Source of the DNA: an uncultured Acidobacteriota bacterium
GTDB taxonomy: Bacteria > Acidobacteriota > Thermoanaerobaculia > Multivoradales > UBA5704
Reading direction: 5' to 3'
Assembly (NCBI GenBank): GCA_963700145.1
Contig: OY969474.1
Span: 1,760,001-1,824,000, forward strand
Length of the DNA: 64,000 nucleotides
Shown here: piece after piece, positions 39,242 to 48,806 of the stretch
How the letters are laid out: the number at the start of each line of letters is the position of its first letter
Position numbering within the stretch: position 1 is the stretch's first letter
Program-made: the position numbers and the translations under genes
The notes under the pieces: model-generated
What the model was told of the DNA's origin: nothing
The model's input: only the letters and a program-made list of their open reading frames with translations
Database searches by the model: none

Positions 39242-40360
39242 TCAGCTTCGCTCGAGGCGCGCCAAAAGCTCGTCGAGCGCGCCCTTCCGGAAACCTGAAA
39301 GGACCACGTCCTCGCCGCGGCGGCGGATGGCGAGGTCCTCCAGTCGCGGCGCCGCGGCGAGTGGGCCGGTGCCGGTGCCGGCGATTGGCCCCGACGCTTC
39401 CCTCCCGCCGATCAGCAGCGGGGCGTAGGCCGCTTCCACCCGGTCCCAGAGGCCGCTGACGACGAAGGCGGCGTGGGCCTCGGCGCCGCCCTCGACGAGG
39501 ACGCTCTGGACGCCGCGCGCGTGGAGCGCCGCGAGGACCGCCGTCGGCTCGACGCTCTCCAACCGTTCCACCCGCGCTCCCCGCTCTTCGAGGGCCGCCC
39601 GCCGCTTCTCGTCGCCCGACTCCGTGAAGATCAGCACGTCCCCCTCCTCACCCAGCATCTTCGCCGCCGCCGGCAGCCGCAGCCGCCGGTCGAGCACGAC
39701 CCTCAGGATCGGTCCATCCGCCAGCCCTAACCGCCGGGTCAGCAGCGGGTCGTCGGCGAGCGCCGTGCCGCTTCCCACCAGGATCGCGTCGTGCTCCTCG
39801 CGTAGCTCGAGCGCCCACTTCCGCCCTGCCTCCGAGGAGATCCAGCGGCTCTCGCCGCCGGCGGTGGCGATCTTGCCGTCGAGGCTCATCGCCCACTTGA
39901 GCGTCACCGCCGGGCGGCCGAGCGTCTGCGCGGTCAGGAACGGCAGGTTGAGCGCCGCCGCGTCGCGGGCGAGCGCGCCGACCTCGACCTCCACCCCCGC
40001 CTCGCGCAGCCGCGCGAAGCCGCCGCCGCCGACGCGCGGGTCGGGGTCGCGGTGGCTCGCCACCACCCGCGTCACGCCGGCGGCGAGGAGGGCGTCTGTG
40101 CACGGCGGCGTGCGGCCGTGGTGGCAGCAGGGCTCGAGGTTCGTGTAGAGCGTGGCGCCGCGGGCGCGCTCGCCGGCGGCGGTGAGGGCTTCGCCCTCGG
40201 CGTGCGGCCCGCCGACCCGACGGTGCCACCCCTCCCCCACCACCGCGCCGTCGCGCACCAGGACGGCGCCGACGCGCGGGTTGGGAGCGGTGCGGTAGCG
40301 CCCGCGGGCGGCCAGGCGCAGGGCCCGCCGCAGGTGGGCTTCGTCGGCGGTTCTAGCCAA
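39242..40360 (-). CDS. ribD: Bifunctional riboflavin deaminase/reductase
   Basis: PNPRVGAV, HAE, LEPCCHHGRTPPC, KWAMSLDGKIA, VLVEGG. Confidence 0.95.
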   Translation of the reverse strand: MARTADEAHLRRALRLAARGRYRTAPNPRVGAVLVRDGAVVGEGWHRRVGGPHAEGEALTAAGERARGATLYTNLEPCCHHGRTPPCTDALLAAGVTRVVASHRDPDPRVGGGGFARLREAGVEVEVGALARDAAALNLPFLTAQTLGRPAVTLKWAMSLDGKIATAGGESRWISSEAGRKWALELREEHDAILVGSGTALADDPLLTRRLGLADGPILRVVLDRRLRLPAAAKMLGEEGDVLIFTESGDEKRRAALEERGARVERLESVEPTAVLAALHARGVQSVLVEGGAEAHAAFVVSGLWDRVEAAYAPLLIGGREASGPIAGTGTGPLAAAPRLEDLAIRRRGEDVVLSGFRKGALDELLARLERS

Positions 40361-41345
40361 GGAGCGCTGAGGCGAATTCTTGGGGCTGGAAGTCCACCAG
40401 GTCGTCGGCCGACTCGCCGACCCCGAGGTAGAGGACGGGGAGCTTGAGCTCGCGCGCCACCGCCACCGCCATCCCGCCCTTCGCCGTGCCGTCGAGCTTG
40501 GCCAGGAGGATGCCGTCCACCTGCGCGACCTGGGTGAAGGTGCGGGCCTGGGCGATGGCGTTCTGGCCGGTCGTGGCGTCGAGCACCAGGAGCGTGCGCC
40601 GCTCCCAGTCGGCTGCCTCGCGCTCGATGACCCGGCGGATCTTCGAGAGCTCGGCCATCAGGTGGTCCTTGGTGTGGAGGCGGCCGGCGGTGTCGACGAG
40701 GAGGTGCGTGGCGCCGCGGGCGCGGGCGGCGTGGAGGGCGTCGTAGACCAGGGCCGCGGGGTCGGTGCCCGGCTGCGCCCGCACCACCTCGACCCCGAGG
40801 CGGTCGCCCCAGACGGCGAGCTGCTCGATGGCGGCGGCGCGGAAGGTGTCGGCGGCGGCGATCAGCACCCGCTCCCCCTGCCGCTGGAGGCGGCGGGCGA
40901 GCTTGGCGATCGAGGTCGTCTTGCCGACGCCGTTGATGCCGACGACGAGCGTCACCGTCGGCCTGCCGCTCGCCGCCGGCGGCCGCGGCGCCTCGGCGAG
41001 GAGGCGGCCCATCTCCTCGACCAGCTTGCCGCGCAGGATCGCGAAGTCGGCCGGCTCGTCGCGCCGCACCCCCTTGCGCAGCCGCTCCACCAGCTCGAGC
41101 GACGTCTCGACCCCGAGGTCGGCGGCGATCAGCGCCTCCTCGACCTGCTCGAGCGTCGCCTCGTCGAGCACGCGCTTGCCCTGTGCCGCGGCCGAGATCC
41201 GCTCGATGATCTCCGTGTGCGTCATGAAGAGCGCGCGGTTGAGCTTCGTCAGGAAGCCCGCGCGCGGCGCTTCGGCGGGCGCCTCCAGCTTCACCTCGTC
41301 GGCGAGCTCCAGGTACTCGCGCGCCGGCGTGCGCTCCTCGGCCAT
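40353..41345 (-). CDS. ftsY: Signal recognition particle receptor
   Basis: GINGVGKTT, DTFRAAA, DTAGR, KLDGTAKGG. Confidence 0.96.
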   Translation of the reverse strand: MAEERTPAREYLELADEVKLEAPAEAPRAGFLTKLNRALFMTHTEIIERISAAAQGKRVLDEATLEQVEEALIAADLGVETSLELVERLRKGVRRDEPADFAILRGKLVEEMGRLLAEAPRPPAASGRPTVTLVVGINGVGKTTSIAKLARRLQRQGERVLIAAADTFRAAAIEQLAVWGDRLGVEVVRAQPGTDPAALVYDALHAARARGATHLLVDTAGRLHTKDHLMAELSKIRRVIEREAADWERRTLLVLDATTGQNAIAQARTFTQVAQVDGILLAKLDGTAKGGMAVAVARELKLPVLYLGVGESADDLVDFQPQEFASALLG

Positions 41346-41375
41346 GGGGCGATGATAGCGGCTCGTCGAGCCGCC

Positions 41376-41738
41376 TCAGAAGATCTCTTGGCGGAGCTGC
41401 TCGGCGGCGTCCAGGAGACTGGCGCGGGCCTGGGCGACGAGGCCGGGCTGGTGCTGCACGAGGGCGAGGCAGTAGCCGTCGGGGAGGGGGATGGCGTAGA
41501 TGTGCGCCGCCTGCTGCGCGATGTGGATGAGGCGCGGCTCGCCGAGCTCGTAGCCGGCGAAGAGGCGGTCGAGCTGGCGCAGGTAGATGCCCAGGTAGGC
41601 GCCGAGGACGCGCAGCTCGTAGGGGGTGATGGCGGCGCAGGCATAGCCGACGGTCTCGCCGCCGGCGTCGAGGAAGAGCGCGCCGGCGGCGCGGTCGTTG
41701 CGGGCGAGGAGATCGTGGAGGACGGCGTCGAAGGGCAT
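41376..41738 (-). CDS. Roadblock/LC7 (MglB-like) domain protein
   Basis: 120 aa; GALFLDAGGETV pattern and terminal helix are typical of roadblock proteins. Confidence 0.65.
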   Translation of the reverse strand: MPFDAVLHDLLARNDRAAGALFLDAGGETVGYACAAITPYELRVLGAYLGIYLRQLDRLFAGYELGEPRLIHIAQQAAHIYAIPLPDGYCLALVQHQPGLVAQARASLLDAAEQLRQEIF

Positions 41739-41780
41739 CGGGGTGGGCCGCGGCGGGGCGTCGCGGCGCGGGCGGGAAGT

Positions 41781-43535
41781 CTAGCTCGCCTTGGCCTCGA
41801 GGGGCTGCGGCGCGGCGGCCGGGCGCGGCGCCGCCATCCGCACCTCGCCGGCCTCGAAGGCGCGCAGGAAGGCGGTCACCACCTTGGCGTCGAAGCGGCT
41901 GCCGGTGAGCTTGGTGATCGTCTCGACCGCGAACTTCAGGCTGTAGGCCTGCTGGTAGGGGCGGTTGGTGGTGATGGCGTCGAAGCAGTCGGCCACCGCC
42001 ACGACGCGCGCGATGAGCGGGATCTGCTCCCCCTTGAGGCCGTCCGGGTAGCCGCGCCCGTTCCACGCCTCGTGGTGCCAGCGCACCGCCGGGATCACCT
42101 CGCGGAGCTGCTCGATGGGCGAGAGGATCTCCGCCCCCTTGAGGGTGTGCAGCTTCATCTGCTCGTACTCGTCGGGGCTGAGCACGCCGGCCTTGGTCAG
42201 GATGCGGTCCTCGACGCCGATCTTGCCGACGTCGTGGAGGAGAGCGCCGATCCACACCTTGTGCTGCAGCTCCTCGGCGAGGCCGAGGTGGCGGGCGATG
42301 GTGCGCGCCAGAGTCGCCACGCGCTCGGAGTGGCCGCGGGTGTAGGGGTCCTTGGCGTCGATCGCGGCGGCGAAGGCGCGCAGCGAGCCGATGAAGAGGT
42401 CGCGGTTGGCCTGCGCCGCGTCGCGGAGCTGCTGCACCTGGCTCGCCACCTGGCCGCTCATGCGGTTGAAGTTGGCGGCGAGGTCGGAGAGCTCGAAGGC
42501 GAGGCCGTGGCTCTCGACCCGGCCGCCGAAGCTGCCGGCGGCGATCTGGGAGCTGGTGTCGGCGAGGCGCTGGATCGGCTCCCCCACCCGGCGGGCGACC
42601 CAGTAGGCGAAGAGCAGCGCCAGGGCGACGAGCGGGACCGCGGCGACCGCGGCGTTGCCGAACATGCGGTCCACCAGCTCGAAGGCCTCGGAGACCGGCT
42701 TCTGCGCCACCACTCCCCAGCCGCTCGCCTCGACCGGGCTGACCTGCGCCAGCATCTCGGTGCGCTCGCCGCTGCGCTCGCCGCCGTACTGCGTCGTCAG
42801 GCTGAGCGGCATGGCGACGAAGGAGCGCACGACCTGCGAGGCGAGGAGCGCCCGCTCGGCCTCCCTGTCCGCGCCCTGCGACCAGAGCAGGCGGCCGTCG
42901 CGGTCGAGGAGGAAGACCTCGACGCCGCCGCTGGCCTCGCTGGCGACGAGCCCGTGGATCGGCCGCAGGGCGTAGACCGCTTCGGCCACCAGCCGCGGCC
43001 GGCCGTCGGCCCCGACCGCCGGCACCGCCAGCACGGCCGCCGGGCCCTCCGGCAGCTCGACGAAGCGGTAGACCGGAGCGGTGCCGCTGCGCGCCGTGGC
43101 GAAGGCGGCGTCGAGCGCGGCGAGGGCGGCGGGGCCGGCGTCCTGCGCGCTCGAGCGCGGCCCGGCGCCGTCGAGGTCGAGGAGGCGCAGGTCGAGCACC
43201 CCCGGCGTGTCGGCGACGAAGCGCTCGAGGCTCTCCCGCACCCAGGGCGCGCGCAGGCGCGCCGCGACGGGGCCGCCCGCGGACGGTGCGAGGACGCCGC
43301 CGCCGAGCTGCGCCAGCTGCCGCCGCAGGGCCTGGAGCTCGCCGTCGAGCTCGCGCGACAGGGCGAGCGCGGAGGTGACGAGCTGCTCGCGCTGCTCGTC
43401 GCGCAGGATCTGCCGGTTCTGCCGCACCAGGAGCCAGCTGCTGACCGCCAGCGGCAGGGTCCCGGCGAGCAGCAGGACCGCGAAGAGGACGTGGCGCAGC
43501 CGGGCGCGTGCGAGGAGATTCCGGGCGCTCAGCAT
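41781..43535 (-). CDS. Membrane HD-GYP phosphodiesterase with periplasmic sensor and HAMP domain
   Basis: Two TM segments, HAMP region, KDPYTRGHSERV, LHDVGK, HHEAWNGRGYPDGL. Confidence 0.92.
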   Translation of the reverse strand: MLSARNLLARARLRHVLFAVLLLAGTLPLAVSSWLLVRQNRQILRDEQREQLVTSALALSRELDGELQALRRQLAQLGGGVLAPSAGGPVAARLRAPWVRESLERFVADTPGVLDLRLLDLDGAGPRSSAQDAGPAALAALDAAFATARSGTAPVYRFVELPEGPAAVLAVPAVGADGRPRLVAEAVYALRPIHGLVASEASGGVEVFLLDRDGRLLWSQGADREAERALLASQVVRSFVAMPLSLTTQYGGERSGERTEMLAQVSPVEASGWGVVAQKPVSEAFELVDRMFGNAAVAAVPLVALALLFAYWVARRVGEPIQRLADTSSQIAAGSFGGRVESHGLAFELSDLAANFNRMSGQVASQVQQLRDAAQANRDLFIGSLRAFAAAIDAKDPYTRGHSERVATLARTIARHLGLAEELQHKVWIGALLHDVGKIGVEDRILTKAGVLSPDEYEQMKLHTLKGAEILSPIEQLREVIPAVRWHHEAWNGRGYPDGLKGEQIPLIARVVAVADCFDAITTNRPYQQAYSLKFAVETITKLTGSRFDAKVVTAFLRAFEAGEVRMAAPRPAAAPQPLEAKAS

Positions 43536-43617
43536 CGGCTACGGCGGGGTGAGGGCACTGCGTGGGCTCGCTGTAAGTCTTTCCACCATTATATCTGATC
43601 GCTCCCGATGAAACGTT

Positions 43618-44760
43618 TCACAACGGGGCGAAGGGATCGGCGAGGAACGGAACGAGGGCGTCCCGGACCTCCTCCGGCGGCACCCCGGCGACGACCCGCC
43701 CGCTCCCGAGGGCGGCCGGCAGCACCCACGCGAGGCCGTCCTCGCGCGCCTTCTTGTCGCGGGCCAGGAGCGGCAGGAGGACGTCGGGGTCGAGCGGCGG
43801 CAGCGGCGGCAGGTCGAGGCGGGCGAGGAGGGCGCGGGTGCGGGCGGCGGCCTCGGCGGAGAGCGGCGGGACGCCCGCGGCGCCGTCAAGACGCTCGGCC
43901 AACCGCAGGGCGAAGAGGATGCCGTAGGCGACGGCCTCGCCGTGCCGCAGCCCGGTGTAGCCGAGCGCGGCCTCGATCGCATGGCCGAGGGTGTGGCCGT
44001 AGTTGAGGAGGCGGCGCTCGTCGCGCTCCGCCGGGTCGCGCTCGACAACGCCGATCTTGGCCGCCGCGGCCCGCGCCACGACCGGCGCCAGCGCCGCGGG
44101 GTCGCCGGCGAGGAGGCGGTCGAGGTCGGCCTCGACGGCGGCGAAGAGGCCGGCGTCGAGGAGCGCCCCCATCTTGACGACTTCGACCAGCCCGGAGCGC
44201 AGCTCGCCGCGCGGCAGGGTGGCGAGGACGTCGGTGTCGGCCAGGACGAAATCGGGGTGGTGGAAGAGGCCAACCGTGTTCTTGCCGTCGGGGAGGTCGA
44301 CGCCGGTCTTGCCGCCGAGCGCGGCGTCCACCTGGGCGAGGAGGGTGGTGGGGAGCTGCGCGTAGGCGATGCCGCGCAGGAAGCACCCCGCGACGAAGCC
44401 GCCGAGGTCGCCGGCGCTGCCGCCGCCGAAGGCGAGCAGCCGGCTGTCCCGCTTGCCGCCGGCGGCGAGCATCTCGCCCCACAGCCGTTCTGCCGCGGCG
44501 GCGGTCTTGGCGGCCTCGCCCTCCTCGGCGGTGAGCACGACCCAGCGGCCGGCGGCGCGCTGGAGCGGCTCGAGCCGCTCGCCATGGAGGTCGAGGACGC
44601 GGGGCGTCGAGAGGAGGAAGACGGTACGGCCGGTGAGCCAGGGAGTAAGCTCCGCCGCCCCCTCTTCCAGCGCCCCGGACCCCACCAGGACCGGCGTCTC
44701 CCCCGCCGGATGGCGGAGCGTCAGGCGATGGAAGGGACTCTCGGCGGCGGGAAGGTGCAC
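43618..44760 (-). CDS. aroB: 3-dehydroquinate synthase
   Basis: GGGSAGDLGGF, PTTLLAQVDA, GGKTGV, LNYGHTLGHAIE, HGEAV, RDKK. Confidence 0.95.
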   Translation of the reverse strand: MHLPAAESPFHRLTLRHPAGETPVLVGSGALEEGAAELTPWLTGRTVFLLSTPRVLDLHGERLEPLQRAAGRWVVLTAEEGEAAKTAAAAERLWGEMLAAGGKRDSRLLAFGGGSAGDLGGFVAGCFLRGIAYAQLPTTLLAQVDAALGGKTGVDLPDGKNTVGLFHHPDFVLADTDVLATLPRGELRSGLVEVVKMGALLDAGLFAAVEADLDRLLAGDPAALAPVVARAAAAKIGVVERDPAERDERRLLNYGHTLGHAIEAALGYTGLRHGEAVAYGILFALRLAERLDGAAGVPPLSAEAAARTRALLARLDLPPLPPLDPDVLLPLLARDKKAREDGLAWVLPAALGSGRVVAGVPPEEVRDALVPFLADPFAPL

Positions 44761-44773
44761 GTGGGAGAGCAGT

Positions 44774-46207
44774 CTACTCCCGCGTTCCGGTGGGCTCGGA
44801 GAGGTCGAGGGCTTGCGCGGCGAAGGCGCGCCAGCGGGTGCGGAGGGAAGCGGCGCGATCGGCGGGCCAGGCGGGGTCGCGGCGGAGGCGGGCGGGCGGC
44901 GCGGCAGCTAGGTCGATGTCGATCCCGGAGGCGGCCGCCGCGAGGCGGGCGGCGCCGAGGAGGCCCGTCTCCTCCTGCTCCGCCACCTCGACCGCGACCT
45001 GCCCGGCGTCCGCCAGCAGGCCCACCAGCCCCGCGAGCCGCGCCAGCTTCCCCGAGACCCGCAGCACCGCCGGCGCGAGCCCCGCCTCGCGCAGCGCCTC
45101 GACGCAGTCGAGGACACGCATCGCGACGCCGGCGAGCACGCCGCCCACCAGCTCCTCCCCGGTCGTCGCGAGCCCCAGACCGGCCGCCACTCCGGAGGCT
45201 TCGGCCCGCCACCAGGGCGCGCCGGCGCCCGCCAGCGCCGGCAGCACCCACGGCAGCCGCTCCGGCTCCAGCTCGCGCTCGGCCCAGGCGGCGAGCGGCA
45301 CGCCGGCGAGACGGCAGGCCCAGTCCACCGCGCTGCCGGCGCTGTTGACCGTGCCTTCGAGCTGGAAGCGGCGCCCGTTGGCCGTGGACGCCAGCACCGC
45401 CGAGAGCAGCGCCGGGTGCCGCCGCACGGCGCCGCCGGTGGACGCCAGCACGAACGCCCCCGTCCCGAAGTGCGCTGCGGCCACGCCCTCCGCCCAGCCG
45501 CCGTGCCCCAGGAGCGCCGCCTGCTGGTCGCCGAGCACGGCGCGGAGCGGCACGCCGTCCGCCTCGCCCCAGTCGCCGGCGCTCGGCCGCAGCGCCGGCA
45601 GCGCCGCCTCCGGCACGCCCCAGAGGGCGCACAGCTCCGGCGACCAGCGGTCGGCTTCCAGGTCGTAGAGGAGGGTGCGCCCGGCGTGCCCAGGCTCGGT
45701 GGCCGCCGTCCCGGTCAGCCGCCCGACCAGCCAGGCGTCGAGCGTGCCGGCCATGAGCTCGCCGGGGCGCGCCCGCTCCATCCCGTCCGGCAGCGCCGCC
45801 AGCAGCCCGGCGAGCTTGGGCGCGGCGTAGTGCGGCGAGAGCCGCAGCCCGGTGCGGCGCGCGATCTCCTCCGCGTGCACCGCCATCCCGCGCACCCGCT
45901 CGGCCTCCCGCCGGTCCTGCCACGACACCGCCGGGGTGAGCGGCCGCCCGCTCGCCCGCTCCCAGACCAGGCAGGTCGAGCGCTGGCAGGCGAGCCCGAG
46001 CGCCGCCGGCTCCCCGTGCCGCCGGAGCTCACCCAGCAGCTCGCGCACGCTCGCCAGGAGCGCCTCGGGGTCGTGCTCGACCCGGGCCCCCTTGACGCGC
46101 CGCGCGACCGCCACCGCGGCCGTCGTCAGTTCCCGCCCGTCCGACGCGAAGAGCGCCCCTTTGGTGGCGGTCGAGCCCTGGTCGATGGCGGCGACGAAAG
46201 CGGTCAC
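44774..46207 (-). CDS. FGGY family carbohydrate kinase (glycerol kinase-like)
   Basis: IDQGSTATK, SWQDRR, GDQQAALLG, GTGAF. Confidence 0.88.
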   Translation of the reverse strand: MTAFVAAIDQGSTATKGALFASDGRELTTAAVAVARRVKGARVEHDPEALLASVRELLGELRRHGEPAALGLACQRSTCLVWERASGRPLTPAVSWQDRREAERVRGMAVHAEEIARRTGLRLSPHYAAPKLAGLLAALPDGMERARPGELMAGTLDAWLVGRLTGTAATEPGHAGRTLLYDLEADRWSPELCALWGVPEAALPALRPSAGDWGEADGVPLRAVLGDQQAALLGHGGWAEGVAAAHFGTGAFVLASTGGAVRRHPALLSAVLASTANGRRFQLEGTVNSAGSAVDWACRLAGVPLAAWAERELEPERLPWVLPALAGAGAPWWRAEASGVAAGLGLATTGEELVGGVLAGVAMRVLDCVEALREAGLAPAVLRVSGKLARLAGLVGLLADAGQVAVEVAEQEETGLLGAARLAAAASGIDIDLAAAPPARLRRDPAWPADRAASLRTRWRAFAAQALDLSEPTGTRE

Positions 46208-46328
46208 GGTGAGGCCGCGATCCTATGTGCCGCGGCCCCCGCAAGCGGGTTCACGCTAGAATCCGTCGGTTTCGGCCTCATCGCCCGCTCGCCGGGCGTC
46301 CCTCTTCCCGTCCACGGAGAACCCGCTT

Positions 46329-48257
46329 TTGGCCCGCAAGATGCTGATCAACGCGCAGCGCCCCGAGGAGCTGCGCGTCGCCATCGTTTCCGGCTCCCAC
46401 CTCGAGAGCTACCAGGTCGAGGTCGCCACGTCGGGGCTCACCCGCGGCAACATCTACCGCGGCCTCATCGCCAACGTCCAGCCTTCCTTGAACGCCGCCT
46501 TCATCGACTACGGCGGCGACCGCCACGGCTTCCTGGCCATCCAGGACGTCGTCCCAGAGGCCTACTACCACTCGCCGCGCGGCGGCGGCAAAGCGCGCAT
46601 CGAGGAGGTGCTCGAGAAAGGCAAGCCGATCGTCGTCCAGGTGACGCGCGAGGCCGAGGGGGGGAAGGGCGGGGCGCTCACCACCAACCTCTCCCTCGCC
46701 GGCCGCTACCTCGTCCTCACCCCCTTCGACGACACCCGCGGCGTCTCGCGCAAGGTCGAGGACGAGGACGCCCGGCGCCAGCTCAAGGAGCTGGCCGGGA
46801 AGCTCGACCTCCCCGCCGGCTGCGGCGTGATCCTGCGCACCAACGCCCTCGCCCAGACCAAGGCGACGCTCGGGCGCGACCTCGCCGCCCTGCTGCGCAT
46901 CTGGAAGCGGGTGCAGGCCGAGGCGCGAGAAGGCAAGGGAACGCGCCTCCTCTACAGCGACCAGGGGCTGATCCTGCAGGCGCTGCGCGATCACCTCGAC
47001 AGCTCGATCGACGAGGTGCTGGTGGACGACGACGACGCCCACGAGGAGGCGCTCGCCTACCTGCAAGGGTTCGCGCCGCGCACCCGCACCCGCCTCCAGC
47101 GCTACACCGAGCGGGTGCCGCTCTTCTCGCGCTACGGCGTCGAGCCGCAGATCGACCGCATCTACGACCGCACGGTGCAGCTCCCGGGCGGCGGCTCGAT
47201 CGTCATCGACCGCACCGAGGCGCTGACCGCGATCGACGTCAACTCCGGCCGCGGCTCGCGCGGCGCCACGCAGGAGGACACGGCCCTCCAGACCAACCTG
47301 GAGGCCGCCCGAGAGGTGGCGCGCCAGCTCCGGCTGCGCGACCTCGGCGGCCTGATCGTCGTCGACTTCATCGACATGCGCAGCGCCAAGTACCAGCGCA
47401 GCGTCGAGAAGGAGCTCAAGGAGGCGATGAAGGCCGACCGGGCGCGCTCGACGGTCGGCCGGCTGAGCCCCAACGGCCTGCTCGAGATCAACCGCCAGCG
47501 CGTCCAGCAGGCGCTGCAGATGCGCACCCACCGCCCCTGCCCCACCTGCGCCGGCACCGGCCGGATCGCCAGCCCGGAGATGGTGGGGCTCAACCTGCTG
47601 CGCCGGGTCGAGGAGCGGGCGGCGGCCGGCGCGGTCGGCGGCGTGCGGATTTCTCTCCACCCCGAGCTCGCCGACGCCTTCCAGAACAGCCGCCGGCGCG
47701 AGATCGCCGAGCTCGAGGAGGAGTTCGGGATCCACGTCGAGGTGATCGCCTCGCCGCGCCTCCACCGGCCCCAGGAAGAGATCGAGTGGCTGCCGCGCGA
47801 CGCCTCGGCGCCGCCGCCGAAGCCGCGGGCGCTGCGCCCGGCGGTGACGGCGGCGGAGCTGGCCGAGCCGGAGCCGGAGGCGGCCGTTGGGCCGGCGGCG
47901 GACGAAACGGGCGAAGGGGAGAACGGCGAGACCGCGGCAGAGCGCGAGAAACGCGGGCGGAAGCGCCGGCGCGGCGGGCGGGGGCGGAAGAAGAAAGAGC
48001 AGGTGGAGGAAACCAGAGAGACGGCCGCCGCGCCGCAAGCCGACGCGGAGGCCGCGGCGGCCGAGCCCGGCGGCGACGAGGCGCCCGAAACGGCCGAGCC
48101 CGGCCGTCCGAAGCGCCGCCGCGGCCGCCGCGGCGGCCGGGGACGCCGGAAGGGGAACGGCGCGCAGCCGGCGCAGGAGGGGGACGAGGCGCCGGCCGCT
48201 CCTGCCGAAGAGGCCCTTCTACCGGTTCATGTTCATTCCGAGCAGAGCGAGGACTGA
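46329..48257 (+). CDS. rne: Ribonuclease E/G family
   Basis: GNIYRG S1 domain, IDVNSG, DFIDM, CPTC Zn-link, Arg-rich/acidic disordered tail. Confidence 0.93.
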   Translation: MARKMLINAQRPEELRVAIVSGSHLESYQVEVATSGLTRGNIYRGLIANVQPSLNAAFIDYGGDRHGFLAIQDVVPEAYYHSPRGGGKARIEEVLEKGKPIVVQVTREAEGGKGGALTTNLSLAGRYLVLTPFDDTRGVSRKVEDEDARRQLKELAGKLDLPAGCGVILRTNALAQTKATLGRDLAALLRIWKRVQAEAREGKGTRLLYSDQGLILQALRDHLDSSIDEVLVDDDDAHEEALAYLQGFAPRTRTRLQRYTERVPLFSRYGVEPQIDRIYDRTVQLPGGGSIVIDRTEALTAIDVNSGRGSRGATQEDTALQTNLEAAREVARQLRLRDLGGLIVVDFIDMRSAKYQRSVEKELKEAMKADRARSTVGRLSPNGLLEINRQRVQQALQMRTHRPCPTCAGTGRIASPEMVGLNLLRRVEERAAAGAVGGVRISLHPELADAFQNSRRREIAELEEEFGIHVEVIASPRLHRPQEEIEWLPRDASAPPPKPRALRPAVTAAELAEPEPEAAVGPAADETGEGENGETAAEREKRGRKRRRGGRGRKKKEQVEETRETAAAPQADAEAAAAEPGGDEAPETAEPGRPKRRRGRRGGRGRRKGNGAQPAQEGDEAPAAPAEEALLPVHVHSEQSED

Positions 48258-48260
48258 GCC

Positions 48261-48797
48261 ATGCCCCACCGCTTCCCGCAGGAGGCCTTTCTGCGCGACG
48301 GCCGCCGCCTGCTGATCCGCCCCTTCGGCGCCAACGACGTCGACGCCCTCTACGACCTCTTCCAGCGCCTGCCGCTCGAGGTGCGCCGCTTCGCCTGGGA
48401 CAAGCTCGACCACCGCGCGCTGGTCGAGGAGTGGGGCCGCGAGCTCGACTACGCGAGGGTCTTCCCGCTGCTGGCCCTGGACGGCGCCAAGGTGGTGGCC
48501 GACGCCACGCTCCACCGCCGCGACGGCAGCCCGCTGCGTCTGGTCGGCCGGATCAAGTGGCTGATCGACCCCGCCTACCGCGGCGCCGGCCTCGGCACCG
48601 TGCTGGTCAACAACTTCATCTCGATGGCGCGCGACAACGGCCTGCGCCACCTCACCTGCATGCTGGTCTCCGACTTCGAGGCCGACGCCGTCGAGACCCT
48701 CCGCGGCCTCGGCTTCACCGGCCACACCATCCCCGGGTACGGCACCGACCCCGACGGCAACCAGCACGACATGATCAAGATGGTGCTCAAGCTGTAG
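48261..48797 (+). CDS. GNAT family N-acetyltransferase
   Basis: LRDGRRLLIRP, PAYRGAGLGT acetyl-CoA motif. Confidence 0.85.
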   Translation: MPHRFPQEAFLRDGRRLLIRPFGANDVDALYDLFQRLPLEVRRFAWDKLDHRALVEEWGRELDYARVFPLLALDGAKVVADATLHRRDGSPLRLVGRIKWLIDPAYRGAGLGTVLVNNFISMARDNGLRHLTCMLVSDFEADAVETLRGLGFTGHTIPGYGTDPDGNQHDMIKMVLKL

Positions 48798-48806
48798 CGG
48801 GACCCT

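Noticed and set aside
40340-40420. FMN riboswitch upstream of ribD
   Set aside because: ribD overlaps the ftsY stop, leaving no leader; no RFN consensus was seen before ribE either.
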